A stretch of 64,000 nt of DNA from Chlorokybus atmophyticus. Its lineage: Eukaryota > Plantae > Mesostigma and Chlorokybus algae. The position numbers and the translations under genes are program-made. The notes beneath the pieces are model-generated. The model had not been told where the DNA came from. It did not search any database and saw only the letters and a program-made list of their open reading frames with translations. The stretch spans positions 414,452 through 478,451 of the forward strand of contig RHPI01003491.1 in the NCBI GenBank assembly GCA_009103225.1. Reading direction: 5' to 3'. The first letter of the stretch is position 1. The number at the start of each line of letters is the position of its first letter. Below, piece by piece: positions 11,660-21,086 of the stretch.

Positions 11660-12470
11660 CCACACCATGCTGTTCTGATCCATGGCGCGCCCTAACAACT
11701 GACACTGTTGACTGGTTGTTAGCGTGGAGCCTGTGATGCTGCCTGGAAAGAATCCCATAGCACGCTCGCGCTCACGAGCATTGGGTTCTTCCAGCTGTCC
11801 AGTGTTGGAGTCTAACACCATGCCGTCGCCTCCATTGCGGAATGCGTAGGAGCCCGGATAGGATACAAGTGTGGGTAGTGCGCGGCGCGGCTGAGTGGTG
11901 GTGGTCAAGGCGTGTGACCGGTTGCGCTGTGCGTCCAGGGTCCAGGATGTCATCGACGACGAGATTCCGTGGCCGATTGCTGTATTGGTACTCTGCCAGA
12001 AACAGGTCCTCCACAATGGCCAGGTTGGTCCACTTGGCGCGGACGCGGTGTGCGCGTGATCCATGACGCGCGGCGTTGATTTTGAGAGGATGCCCCAGCA
12101 AGGAGCATACTTGTCGATAGGCCTTGGCGACGTGATGCCGCTTGTCATCCTCAGAGTGCACATTCTCGACGACGTAGCCCAAGGGCCTAGCGACCTGACT
12201 GGTCTGCAAGAGTTTTATGACTCTCATCAGCTCCCAGAACAGCTGTGAGCGAGGATCAGAGAGCCATTGGCCTCTGCCTGCCTTGGAGTGCCCTTGACAC
12301 TCCCATCATGCTATCAGCAGGTCAATGTTGCCGACTGCCTGCAGGTGATCCTTGGTAATCCAGCGGATGTTCTGCGGCAGAGCCTTCTGGCTCCCTTGCA
12401 GTGCCGACAGCGGTAGCTGCTGCGGGTAGCGCTGGTGCAGCTGTCGTAAATGATGGCTCAGAGCCTCCTG
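11660..12470 (-). pseudogene. C5 cytosine DNA methyltransferase domain, motifs III-X (stop at 12306-12308, frameshift near 11900)
   Basis: Minus-strand translation: PQNIRWIT..DLLIA*WECQGHSKAG..SDPRSQLFWEL (IV); GYVVENV (VI); GSRAHRVRAKWTNL (VIII); EPNARERERAMGF (IX); QLLGRAMD (X). Confidence 0.85.
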
Positions 12471-15400
12471 TGTTGAAGGACTAGCATGCACATGTAGTTG
12501 AGGCAAGCATAGATGCACAGAGACAGAGCTACCGCCACCAGAGCATACACAAGTCACATCACATTCATCTATTACAAGTTGTCCGCTGGTTCTTATACCA
12601 GCCAGTTACACACACGTCTACGTTTGCAAGCACTGCGTAAGCTATACTTAGCCTTTTGAAGCGCTCTAAGCTGCGTTGTCTTCCTTACAACCAGAGCTTT
12701 TCAACAAGCTCTCACACGCCTAATATGAGTAAGTATACGCGGAGATACGAAGCAGTTAGTAAGGCTCCAGTCTGGAGTCCGGAGTCTGGTCCGACGATGC
12801 CATCTTGCTAAGTCCGGACCTAGTGCTCGTCCTTACGACCTTCTACTCCTGTGTGGAGGGTCGATGCTGATCGTATGTAGGAATACTCTCAACACTCCCA
12901 CGCGAGCAGCTTGACCTCCAACGCTTGCTCCTGTAGTCAAACACAGATGCCAAGTCCTGCACAACAAGTCTTGAACTTGAGCGGTGACAATGGCTTTGTC
13001 ATGAAGTCCGCCAGCATGCCCTCAGTGTTGCAGTACTGGAACTCCACCTCCTTCCTTGTGACTCTGTCACGCACAAAGTGATGCATGACATCAATGTGCT
13101 TCGTCCTTGCCGAGGCGATAGGATGCTTCAACAACTTGATGGCTCCTTGGTTGTCACAGTTGATGACGATGCACGCCATGGGGTGCTCCAAGTCTGCCAT
13201 GAGCTTGCGAAGCCAGAGTGCCTCCTTCACTGCTGCTGCCGCTGCCATGTACTCAGCCTCTGATGTAGATGCTGCTGTTGTTGGCTGCAGCCTGCTGTTC
13301 CAGCTCACCACGCCTCCGTTCAGCTTGAAGACGTAGCCTGTAGTGGACCTCCTGCTGTTGAGGTCACCAGCAAAGTCCGAGTCGCAGTAGCCCTCCAACT
13401 CAGTGCTCCCGCTCCCAAACTTGATGCCAACTGTTGCGCTCCCAGCAACATAGCGTAGTACTCCCTTTGCTGCTCTCCAGTGCTCCATGCTCGGTGCAGA
13501 CATGTAGCGAGCAAGTACTCCCACAGCATGTGCAACATCGGGACGTGTGCACACTGCCAGATAGAGCATGCTGCCTACCAGCTCACCATATGGATACTGA
13601 GCCTTGTCGAGTACCTCCTCATCCTTTGCCTTGATGAGGGCAGTGCCAAGTGCCAACGGTGTGGTCTTGGTCTTCGCTTCAGTGAGCCCAAACTTGGTGA
13701 CGAGTCTTCTCACCATCTGCTCCTGACTGATCTTGATTGTGCGAGCCGCCCTGTCGCGCTCAATCACCATGCCAAGGAACCACTTGGCCTCTCCAAGATC
13801 ACGAACTGAGAATGCTTGCTGCAAAGCAAGTTTCGTCTCCTGCAGGTGGTGCACCTGCCTGGCGGTGATGATGATATCATCAACATACACGAGCAGCCAG
13901 ACCTTGTTGTCTGCATGGATGAAGAGCCCAGGGTCTGCAGAGGATGCGGTGAAGCCAAGTGCCTCCAGCTCCTTGGTGAGCTTGATGTGCCACATACGCG
14001 GTGCCTGTCGCAGCCCGTACAGTGCCTTGATCAGCTTGCACGCTGTGCCTCTCTCCCCTTCTTCATATCCAGGTGGTTGCTCGATGAAGATCTCCTCCTC
14101 CAGCTCTCCGTAGAGGAAGGCAGTCTTCACATCCAGGTGATGCAGCTCTAGGTCTTCAGCAGCAACCATAGCTAGCAGTGCACGGAAGGTGGTATGCTTA
14201 CTTGCAGGTGCAAACACTTCGTTGAAGTCCACACCTTCCTGCTGCAAGAAGCCCTTTGCCACCAGTCTTGCCTTGTAGCGCTCAATGTTGCCCTGACCAT
14301 CACGCTTCACCTTGAAGACCCATTTCACTGGAATGGTCTTCACTCCTTGCGGTAACTGCTCCAGTGACCAAGTGTTGTTGGCATGGAGTGACGCAATCTC
14401 CTCGTCCATAGCACGCTGCCATTGCTCCGCATCTGGTGCTAACAATGCCTCCTCGTAGGTGCTTGGCTCCTCATTCTGCACACTGGCGACGTGTGCCTTG
14501 TGTAGGAAGTCAGGTGCCTTTCTCTCCCTCACTGGGTATCTCCGAGCTGCGTGCTCCTGCTGCAGGTGCGACTGCTTGTCTGCTACAGTGGAGTCCTGCT
14601 CACCCTTATCGTCGATGATGGCCTTGCCTGTAGCCTCCACTGTTTCAGGATGCTCCGGCTGTGCTTCATCTTCAGGAAAGAAGCCTGCTTCTGGTTGTGA
14701 TAATCCCTCGTGGAAAACCACCTCTCTGCTCACGATGATCTTCTGAGTGTCCTCGAGCAAGATCCTGTAAGCCTTGGAACCCGGTTCATAGCCAACGAAG
14801 ATGCCCTTCTTGCTGACCGGCTCCAGCTTGTGCCTGAGCTGTTTAGGCACTAGTGCATATGCCGTGCATCCAAACACACGCATACCACTCACATCTGGTG
14901 TGGCTCCATAGAAGTGCTCCCACGGAGTCTTCTGCTCTGAGCTCACCGGAGACCTGTTGCGGATGTAGTTGGCAGTGAGTACCGCCTCCTTCCACAAACT
15001 GTCTTCCATCTTTGTGTCGTTGAGCATGGCTCGAACACGCTCCAAGAGTGTCCTGTTGAGGCGTTCAGCTGCTCCATTCTGCTGCGGGGTGTAGGGTGCC
15101 GTTGTCTCGTGGCGTATGCCCTTGCTGGCGAAGAACTCCTTCAACTCCTTGTTGATGTACTCCCCTCCTCGATCACTCCTCATTGCCTTCATCTTGTTGC
15201 CAGACTGGGTCTCCAACAAGGCCACAACTGTGCGCACAGCTCCAGCAACTTCTGACTTCAGCGTCAATGGAAAGATGATGGACAGCTTGCTGTAGTCGTC
15301 GAGGAATGTAGCAAAGTACCTGGCCCCTCCCTTCGCCACAATGCGCATAGGGCCACAGACATCCATGTGCACAAGCTCGCAAGGATGCTGACTGCTAGAA

Positions 15401-17086
15401 GAGGATGATGGGAATGGCATAGCATGCTGCTTTGCAACCAGGCATGGTTCACAAAGTGCACCTGATGCATTCTTGAGTTCTTCTGTGCTGAGATGGATGC
15501 CCTTGACCATCTTCTCAGCGACAAGGCGAGTGAGGTTGACGTAGCTGAGATGCCCGAACCTTCGATGCCACAATGTTGGCGACTCCTTGTCCTTCACCAC
15601 CATGGCTTGAATGTCTCTGTCTTGAGGCTGCTCCACGTGGTAGAGCCCTCCCGGATCAGCGATTCCAACCATGTGCACGACCCCGTCAAGGATGACTGAG
15701 CAGCCACCCTTCCGAAATAGGATCTCCGCGCCTAAGCGCTCCGCAACCCTCACAGAGAATAGACTCGCAATAGCCTTAGGAACATGCAGGACGTTGCGTA
15801 ACAACACCTCGCGTAGTGTGTTACCAACCTTGCACTGGAGTCGCACGTTGCCAACTCCCTCAGCCACCAGTACTTCGCCACCGAAGCCCGCCACCTTGAT
15901 TGTGGACGTCAGCTTCCTGTAGCCCTCCATCACCTCCTTGTTTGGTGTGAGATGACGATCGCAGCCAGAGTCCACCACCCAGAAAGCTGTGCCCGCCCTC
16001 GAACTGGATGCAGTGAAGGCGACATGTTTCTCCTTGTGTTGGTGCTCGTTGCCGCTGTTGCTGGTGCTTGCTCTAGGTTGCCCCTGTTGTTTCCTCCTAC
16101 AGTCCTTCACAATGTGCCCCTTCCAACCACACCAGTGGCATGTGAGGTCTTTGTGACGAGGATTGCCTGGCTTGTTGCCCTTGTACTTCTCTTCATGGTT
16201 GCTCTTCTTTGCGTGCTTGCCGGTGTAGAAGGCGACGGCATCCGCTTGCTCGTCCTTCTTCACAACCCTCTGCTCCACGGTGAGCAGCTTCGGTAGCACA
16301 TCGTCCAACGTCAACTCCGATGATGACGTCTCCAGCAGGGTTGCGACGACCTCGTACTCTGCTGGTAGCCCTGCAACAATGGCCAGCACTACCTCCGTCT
16401 CCCCCATGTTGTGGCCGACGTTGATGAGGTCCGCCCACAGCTCTCTCGCGCGCGCAACATACTTTGTGATGGGTTCTGCTGCCTCCTTCCTGAGTGCGCT
16501 GAGCTGCTTGCGTAGATGCAACTTTCTGGCATTGTTCTTGGCTCTGAAAACGGCTGATAGCTTTTCCCAAGCTTGTCTACCATCTTCACATGCAGTGAGC
16601 ATGGGAAAGTGATGCGGTTTGCTGTTCAACACAAGCAAAGAGTGTGCTTCTGCTGAATGCTCTGACCACACAGTGTTCGCTCCTGGTGTTGGTGGTGGTG
16701 CCTTCGGATCAACGTACTTCCACACCTTCTTGTGGATGAGCAAGGCCTTCATCTCCACGCACCATGTGTTGTAGTTGTCGGTGTCCAGCTTTGCAATCTG
16801 CCCCTTGTCGTAGGTCGCCTCCATTTCTGTCGAGCCTGCCTTTCTTGCAGTTGACACCCAAGGCTCTGCTACCAACAAGCTACCGTAGTGTAGAACTATT
16901 ATGCACTCAAGCTAGTCTCACACTCCTCCAGCGTAGTGTGGGCCCATAACCTGTTGAAGGACTAGCATGCACATGTAGTTGAGGCAAGCATAGATGCACA
17001 GAGACAGAGCTACCGCCACCAGAGCATACACAAGTCACATCACATTCATCTATTACAAGTTGTCCGCTGGTTCTTATACCAGCCAG
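12471..17086 (-). mobile_element. Ty1/Copia element, copy 2 (5' LTR cut by gap)
   Basis: 3' LTR 12471-12894; PBS; 5' LTR starts at 16952 and runs into N at 17087. Protein nearly identical to copy 1. TSD cannot be checked. Confidence 0.95.
12937..16824 (-). CDS. gag-pol: Copia Gag-Pol polyprotein, copy 2 (intact)
   Basis: Uninterrupted ORF with the same motifs as copy 1; only a few amino-acid differences. Confidence 0.95.
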   Translation of the reverse strand: MEATYDKGQIAKLDTDNYNTWCVEMKALLIHKKVWKYVDPKAPPPTPGANTVWSEHSAEAHSLLVLNSKPHHFPMLTACEDGRQAWEKLSAVFRAKNNARKLHLRKQLSALRKEAAEPITKYVARARELWADLINVGHNMGETEVVLAIVAGLPAEYEVVATLLETSSSELTLDDVLPKLLTVEQRVVKKDEQADAVAFYTGKHAKKSNHEEKYKGNKPGNPRHKDLTCHWCGWKGHIVKDCRRKQQGQPRASTSNSGNEHQHKEKHVAFTASSSRAGTAFWVVDSGCDRHLTPNKEVMEGYRKLTSTIKVAGFGGEVLVAEGVGNVRLQCKVGNTLREVLLRNVLHVPKAIASLFSVRVAERLGAEILFRKGGCSVILDGVVHMVGIADPGGLYHVEQPQDRDIQAMVVKDKESPTLWHRRFGHLSYVNLTRLVAEKMVKGIHLSTEELKNASGALCEPCLVAKQHAMPFPSSSSSSQHPCELVHMDVCGPMRIVAKGGARYFATFLDDYSKLSIIFPLTLKSEVAGAVRTVVALLETQSGNKMKAMRSDRGGEYINKELKEFFASKGIRHETTAPYTPQQNGAAERLNRTLLERVRAMLNDTKMEDSLWKEAVLTANYIRNRSPVSSEQKTPWEHFYGATPDVSGMRVFGCTAYALVPKQLRHKLEPVSKKGIFVGYEPGSKAYRILLEDTQKIIVSREVVFHEGLSQPEAGFFPEDEAQPEHPETVEATGKAIIDDKGEQDSTVADKQSHLQQEHAARRYPVRERKAPDFLHKAHVASVQNEEPSTYEEALLAPDAEQWQRAMDEEIASLHANNTWSLEQLPQGVKTIPVKWVFKVKRDGQGNIERYKARLVAKGFLQQEGVDFNEVFAPASKHTTFRALLAMVAAEDLELHHLDVKTAFLYGELEEEIFIEQPPGYEEGERGTACKLIKALYGLRQAPRMWHIKLTKELEALGFTASSADPGLFIHADNKVWLLVYVDDIIITARQVHHLQETKLALQQAFSVRDLGEAKWFLGMVIERDRAARTIKISQEQMVRRLVTKFGLTEAKTKTTPLALGTALIKAKDEEVLDKAQYPYGELVGSMLYLAVCTRPDVAHAVGVLARYMSAPSMEHWRAAKGVLRYVAGSATVGIKFGSGSTELEGYCDSDFAGDLNSRRSTTGYVFKLNGGVVSWNSRLQPTTAASTSEAEYMAAAAAVKEALWLRKLMADLEHPMACIVINCDNQGAIKLLKHPIASARTKHIDVMHHFVRDRVTRKEVEFQYCNTEGMLADFMTKPLSPLKFKTCCAGLGICV

Positions 17087-17258
17087 NNNNNNNNNNNNNN
17101 NNNNNNNNNNNNNNNNNNNNNNNNNNNNNNNNNNNNNNNNNNNNNNNNNNNNNNNNNNNNNNNNNNNNNNNNNNNNNNNNNNNNNNNNNNNNNNNNNNNN
17201 NNNNNNNNNNNNNNNNNNNNNNNNNNNNNNNNNNNNNNNNNNNNNNNNNNNNNNNNNN

Positions 17259-18490
17259 AGCGGATGTCCTGCGGTAGAGCCTTCTGGCTCCCTTGCAGTG
17301 CCGACAGTGGTAGCTGCTGCGGGTAGCGCTGGTGCACCTGTCGTAAATGATGGCTCAGAGCCTCCAGTGCATGAGGGTTAGGGTCACAGTAGAGGTACTT
17401 GGTGACTGTTGTTCCTGTGTTGAGGACAGCCGCAAGCCCACTGCCTATGCCTCCGAACAGCTCCAGCACGGTGATGCCTTGTTGTCGGCGGAACATGTGG
17501 AACTCCACAACTCCAGCAGCTATGTGGTACTGCTCCTGCACGGTAGCCTGGTCTTTGTAGACAGGGAAGTGTGCAGTGAGCTGAGGCCTGGTCAGTAGCA
17601 TGTGTGCTGCTACTTGTGCGCTCCAGCGACGCTCGGATGGCTCCTGAAAGGCCACTTCTTTGGTGACAGTCTCCTGAGACTCATCGTACGGTGTAGGAGA
17701 GTCTTCTTCAGAGTTTAGGCTCGGGCTCGAGCTCGTTGCAGTTGTCCTCGGCTGCGTTCGGGCACGAGGCACACGTGAGCTTTCTGTAGGACTGTAGGTG
17801 GCTGCTGCGGTCGACCTTCGTTGCGAGCGGGCCTTGGCCACCAGCTCGAGAGGTAGGAATCCCTGCTCCTCTCCATCATCCTCATCCCAATGCGGTCGAA
17901 ACCATGCCTGCTCAGTCCAGCAGTCCATCCGCATGCCGACAGGGAAGTTGAAGTCCTGTCCCAGCAGTAGGTCAAATGACCCGGCATCGGTGACCACACA
18001 CCTGTGTACAATCTCGGTGCTGTGGGAAGGGTTTAGTCCTGTGAGGCGGATGCTCACAGTCTGCTTGGTAAGGCCGAGCACCTTGTCGCGGTTGCCGTTT
18101 GCGGTGTTCAGCTGGTAGGGACAGGGAAGCAGCTCAGCGCTGGTGATGCCGAGATCTCGTGCGAGGTAGCGCCCAATGATGACAGGCTGTGCTCCAGTGT
18201 CCAGCATCACGCATTTGAGTGCCCGACCATTGACGGTCACGTGCTTGCCTTGGTTGGCGATCATGGCTGCATTGGCGTTGATGCGCAGCCTCTTAAAACG
18301 ACGGAACTTCTTGCGTGGAAAGGCTGTTGCTTCTCTCTCATCTGCGGGGCCTGACCGTAGGGCAGCCAGGGCTCCTCTGCCTGATGGATCTTGTGGGCCT
18401 CCTTGTCCTCGGCTTTGTCCAAACCATCCTTGTCGCGGTTGCTGGTACATGCGTGGTGGCCTAGGCACTGGTGGTGCTGCTGCAACCTGT
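17259..18490 (-). CDS. pol: Gypsy aspartic protease followed in frame by DNMT motifs I-III
   Basis: KCVMLDTGAQPVIIG and FDLLLGQDF (retropepsin), then GITVLELFGGIGSG (motif I FxGxG), KYLYCD (II), LPQDI (III), in one frame up to the gap. Confidence 0.88.
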
Positions 18491-21086
18491 CAAGTGGAGG
18501 TGCAGGAGGGTTGACCCTCTGTGCAGCTGTTGTCATGCCAGGAGGAGTGGCCAGTGGCGGTGGCGGGAACCCTGGAGGACCTGGTGTTTGCGGGACTGCC
18601 TCTCGTGTAGCCTGCTCCTCTGCATAGGTCCATCGCACAGCATGGGCCGCCTCTCTGACTAGTGTACCTTCCCATGTAGCCGTCGCATTGTTGTTCACGT
18701 CTATCCAGCGATGGTTCTGAGGCATGGGTTGCAGGTACACTGCGCGTAGGAGCCGCGCTCTCATGTCGTGAGTGATGGTGGGCACCCTGAGGATCCCTGC
18801 CATGTAAGCATCCCATCTGCCGTTGACCACTCCCACTTCCAGCACTGTTATTGCTCGTGCGCGTACAGTGAGGCGGGTCTCTGGCTGGTGGACATGCTGC
18901 TCGTAAGCAGCGGCGATGCGCCTGCGCTGACGTCCTGCCTCCACTCTTGACAAACTCAGTATAGCCTCCAGAGCTCCCTCCAGAGTGTCAGTGGCGGCGG
19001 AAGCCACTTCATCATAGGCTTGCCGTATGGAGCGAAGGAATGCGTCCACCCACGCTATTCTGGCGCCGAAAGCGAACAACGGGACTGCGGGTTGGTTGGT
19101 GACCAGCCACGTCACTAACCGTGCGCGTGCCGCGTTGCCATTGTCTCGCATCCCAAGCATCTGCCGAAGTCCAATGCCTTCTTGTCGATGCAGCATGGTT
19201 GCTTGTCGTACCAGAGCAGTGCGTAGTTGTTGCTCTCCAACCAGTCCTGCTCCATCTTTTTGTGTACACCCTTGTGGTGTACGGTAGCCCCTCCCTGGCT
19301 CCCTTTGCTCCTCAAGTAGATCCTCCACCAGCGCAGGCAGCAACGGGGCGATCACCCCCCTGGTTTGTTGAGCCAACGCCCTCGCTTGGTCAGAGTTGGT
19401 CTCGACGAAGAGCGGAGTAGTGCTGGAGGATGGACCAGCAGCTGGTGACTGAGGTACTGATGCACGCGTAGCTTCAAGAGCTTGTTCACGTGCAGCAATG
19501 GCGGCAGCTTGATCCTGTCGCCAATGATACGCTTGTTCCAGTGCGTGGTAGCGCTGATGAAGGCGAGCGGTTGTAGGAGGTCCGAGTGCTTCATCAGTGC
19601 CCAAAGACAGGTCGGCTGCGTCGGCGATGCGCTGCTGGACGGTGTCTCGGCGGTCCCGATACGTGTCCAGCGGGCTGGGTTCAAAGGTGGTGGTTGGCAT
19701 GCGTGCAGGCTGGCGCGGGGCGGTTTGCATGTTGTTGTGCAACACCCAGAACAGCTGCAGGGCCAACTCCAACACTATAGGTGGGCTGTAGCTGATCAAA
19801 AACACCCTGTCACGCATCGGAAGTGCGGTGCCAGCAAGGATCTCATCTTCCAACTGGTGTTGAATGAGGGCTGGAAGGGTGTGAACCTCTGGTAGCGGGA
19901 AGACGCGATCATCGCGGGCGACACGCGTGGTGCGCTCCCCCCCCCCCCCGACCGAAGCGATGGTAGTGGGGTCTGCTCCGCGCAGGATGGTCTCCCATGC
20001 TCGCTCAGCTTGCTGACCAGTTGGGACAGCCTGAGTGACGTCGAGAGCGGGCAGAGTGGCTGCGCGCGTCGCTGCAGAGATAGCGGGCTCGACAATGGCA
20101 ATTGTGGCAGTTGCGACGGTACCGGTCAGTGGTGCGAGTGTGGTCTCAATGCCTACGGACAGCGGCACTGCTGCAGTGGAAAGTGCACCGCCCACTGGTG
20201 CAGATTCGGTAGAGATGGCGGCTGTTGCCATTGTGCTCACCAGTGTCGGCGTCACGGTGTTCATCGGTGTACTCGGTTGTGGTGCAACTGGAGTGGGTGC
20301 TGCTGACGTTGGTGGAGTCGACGTTGTAGCCGGTGTGGCTGCTGCTGCGGAGGCAGCACCACTGGTGGCTTCGGAGGAGGTGCCTGCTGATGTTGTTGCA
20401 GCTTCCCCTCGTACTCGTCGTGATGGTTGCACGCGGGACGGAGTGTTCCTGTCTCTCTCGCGTTTTGCAACCATCAGCGCCCATCGGGCAGCGTAGCAGG
20501 CGCGGTAGTCCTGCTCCTTGTCTTCCTCCAAGCGTGCCATATGCGCCATGAGGGCTGCCATATGGTCATCAGCTGGTGGGTTGGCTGAAGCCTTGGCGGC
20601 AACAGCAGCAGCGCGCGGACGTGTCTCTGGTCCCTTACGCTGAGGAGGTCTGTTCTTCCCCCTGTAGCATTGCTCTTCCTTGCGAACACTGGCATTGTCG
20701 TTGTTGTTACTGCCACCAGCGTTGTTGCTGTTGTGGGCTCCAGTGTTGTTGCTGTTGTAGCCACTGAAGTGGTTGCCAGTGTGGCCTCCAGTGTTGTTGC
20801 TGTTGTAGCCACCGGAGTAGTTGTGGTTGTAGATGTTGGCGGGCCTCAACTCTGGGAACTTGAGCCAGCAGACTGACTCCAAATGACCAGTCTTGTGACA
20901 GTGGTCGCAAAGCAAAGTTGAGTATTCTTCGGTGCACTCCTTTTGGTAGTGCCCATGCCGTCCACAGCGATGACACAGCACAGGGGCAGCAAGTGCAGCA
21001 TGAGCTGACCGTTTCCCTTTGTCGCGTGCTGGTGGAGCGTCCCGGCCACGGTTGCGGCGAGGAGGCTCGGCTGTCGTGCTGACTAC
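18261..21086 (-). CDS. gag: Gypsy gag C-terminal part: two CCHC zinc knuckles plus long low-complexity extension
   Basis: CHRCGRHGHYQKEC and CDHCHKTGHLESVC. The frame is open from the ACTAC TSD at 21082-21086 and matches the frame of 25998-27175. Confidence 0.8.
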   Translation of the reverse strand, partial: VVSTTAEPPRRNRGRDAPPARDKGKRSAHAALAAPVLCHRCGRHGHYQKECTEEYSTLLCDHCHKTGHLESVCWLKFPELRPANIYNHNYSGGYNSNNTGGHTGNHFSGYNSNNTGAHNSNNAGGSNNNDNASVRKEEQCYRGKNRPPQRKGPETRPRAAAVAAKASANPPADDHMAALMAHMARLEEDKEQDYRACYAARWALMVAKRERDRNTPSRVQPSRRVRGEAATTSAGTSSEATSGAASAAAATPATTSTPPTSAAPTPVAPQPSTPMNTVTPTLVSTMATAAISTESAPVGGALSTAAVPLSVGIETTLAPLTGTVATATIAIVEPAISAATRAATLPALDVTQAVPTGQQAERAWETILRGADPTTIASVGGGGERTTRVARDDRVFPLPEVHTLPALIQHQLEDEILAGTALPMRDRVFLISYSPPIVLELALQLFWVLHNNMQTAPRQPARMPTTTFEPSPLDTYRDRRDTVQQRIADAADLSLGTDEALGPPTTARLHQRYHALEQAYHWRQDQAAAIAAREQALEATRASVPQSPAAGPSSSTTPLFVETNSDQARALAQQTRGVIAPLLPALVEDLLEEQREPGRGYRTPQGCTQKDGAGLVGEQQLRTALVRQATMLHRQEGIGLRQMLGMRDNGNAARARLVTWLVTNQPAVPLFAFGARIAWVDAFLRSIRQAYDEVASAATDTLEGALEAILSLSRVEAGRQRRRIAAAYEQHVHQPETRLTVRARAITVLEVGVVNGRWDAYMAGILRVPTITHDMRARLLRAVYLQPMPQNHRWIDVNNNATATWEGTLVREAAHAVRWTYAEEQATREAVPQTPGPPGFPPPPLATPPGMTTAAQRVNPPAPPLDRLQQHHQCLGHHACTSNRDKDGLDKAEDKEAHKIHQAEEPWLPYGQAPQMREKQQPFHARSSVVLRGCASTPMQP

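Noticed and set aside
11371-11705. N-terminal ~110 aa of the 588-aa ORF 9939-11705 as real protein
   Set aside because: It is an alternate frame of the DNMT-RT linker; the meaningful frame switches near 11365.
11660-12470. DNMT as a cellular host gene interrupted by TEs
   Set aside because: It is intronless, in frame with a retroviral protease, contiguous with RT, and the same DNMT-RT adjacency recurs at 47480-48739.
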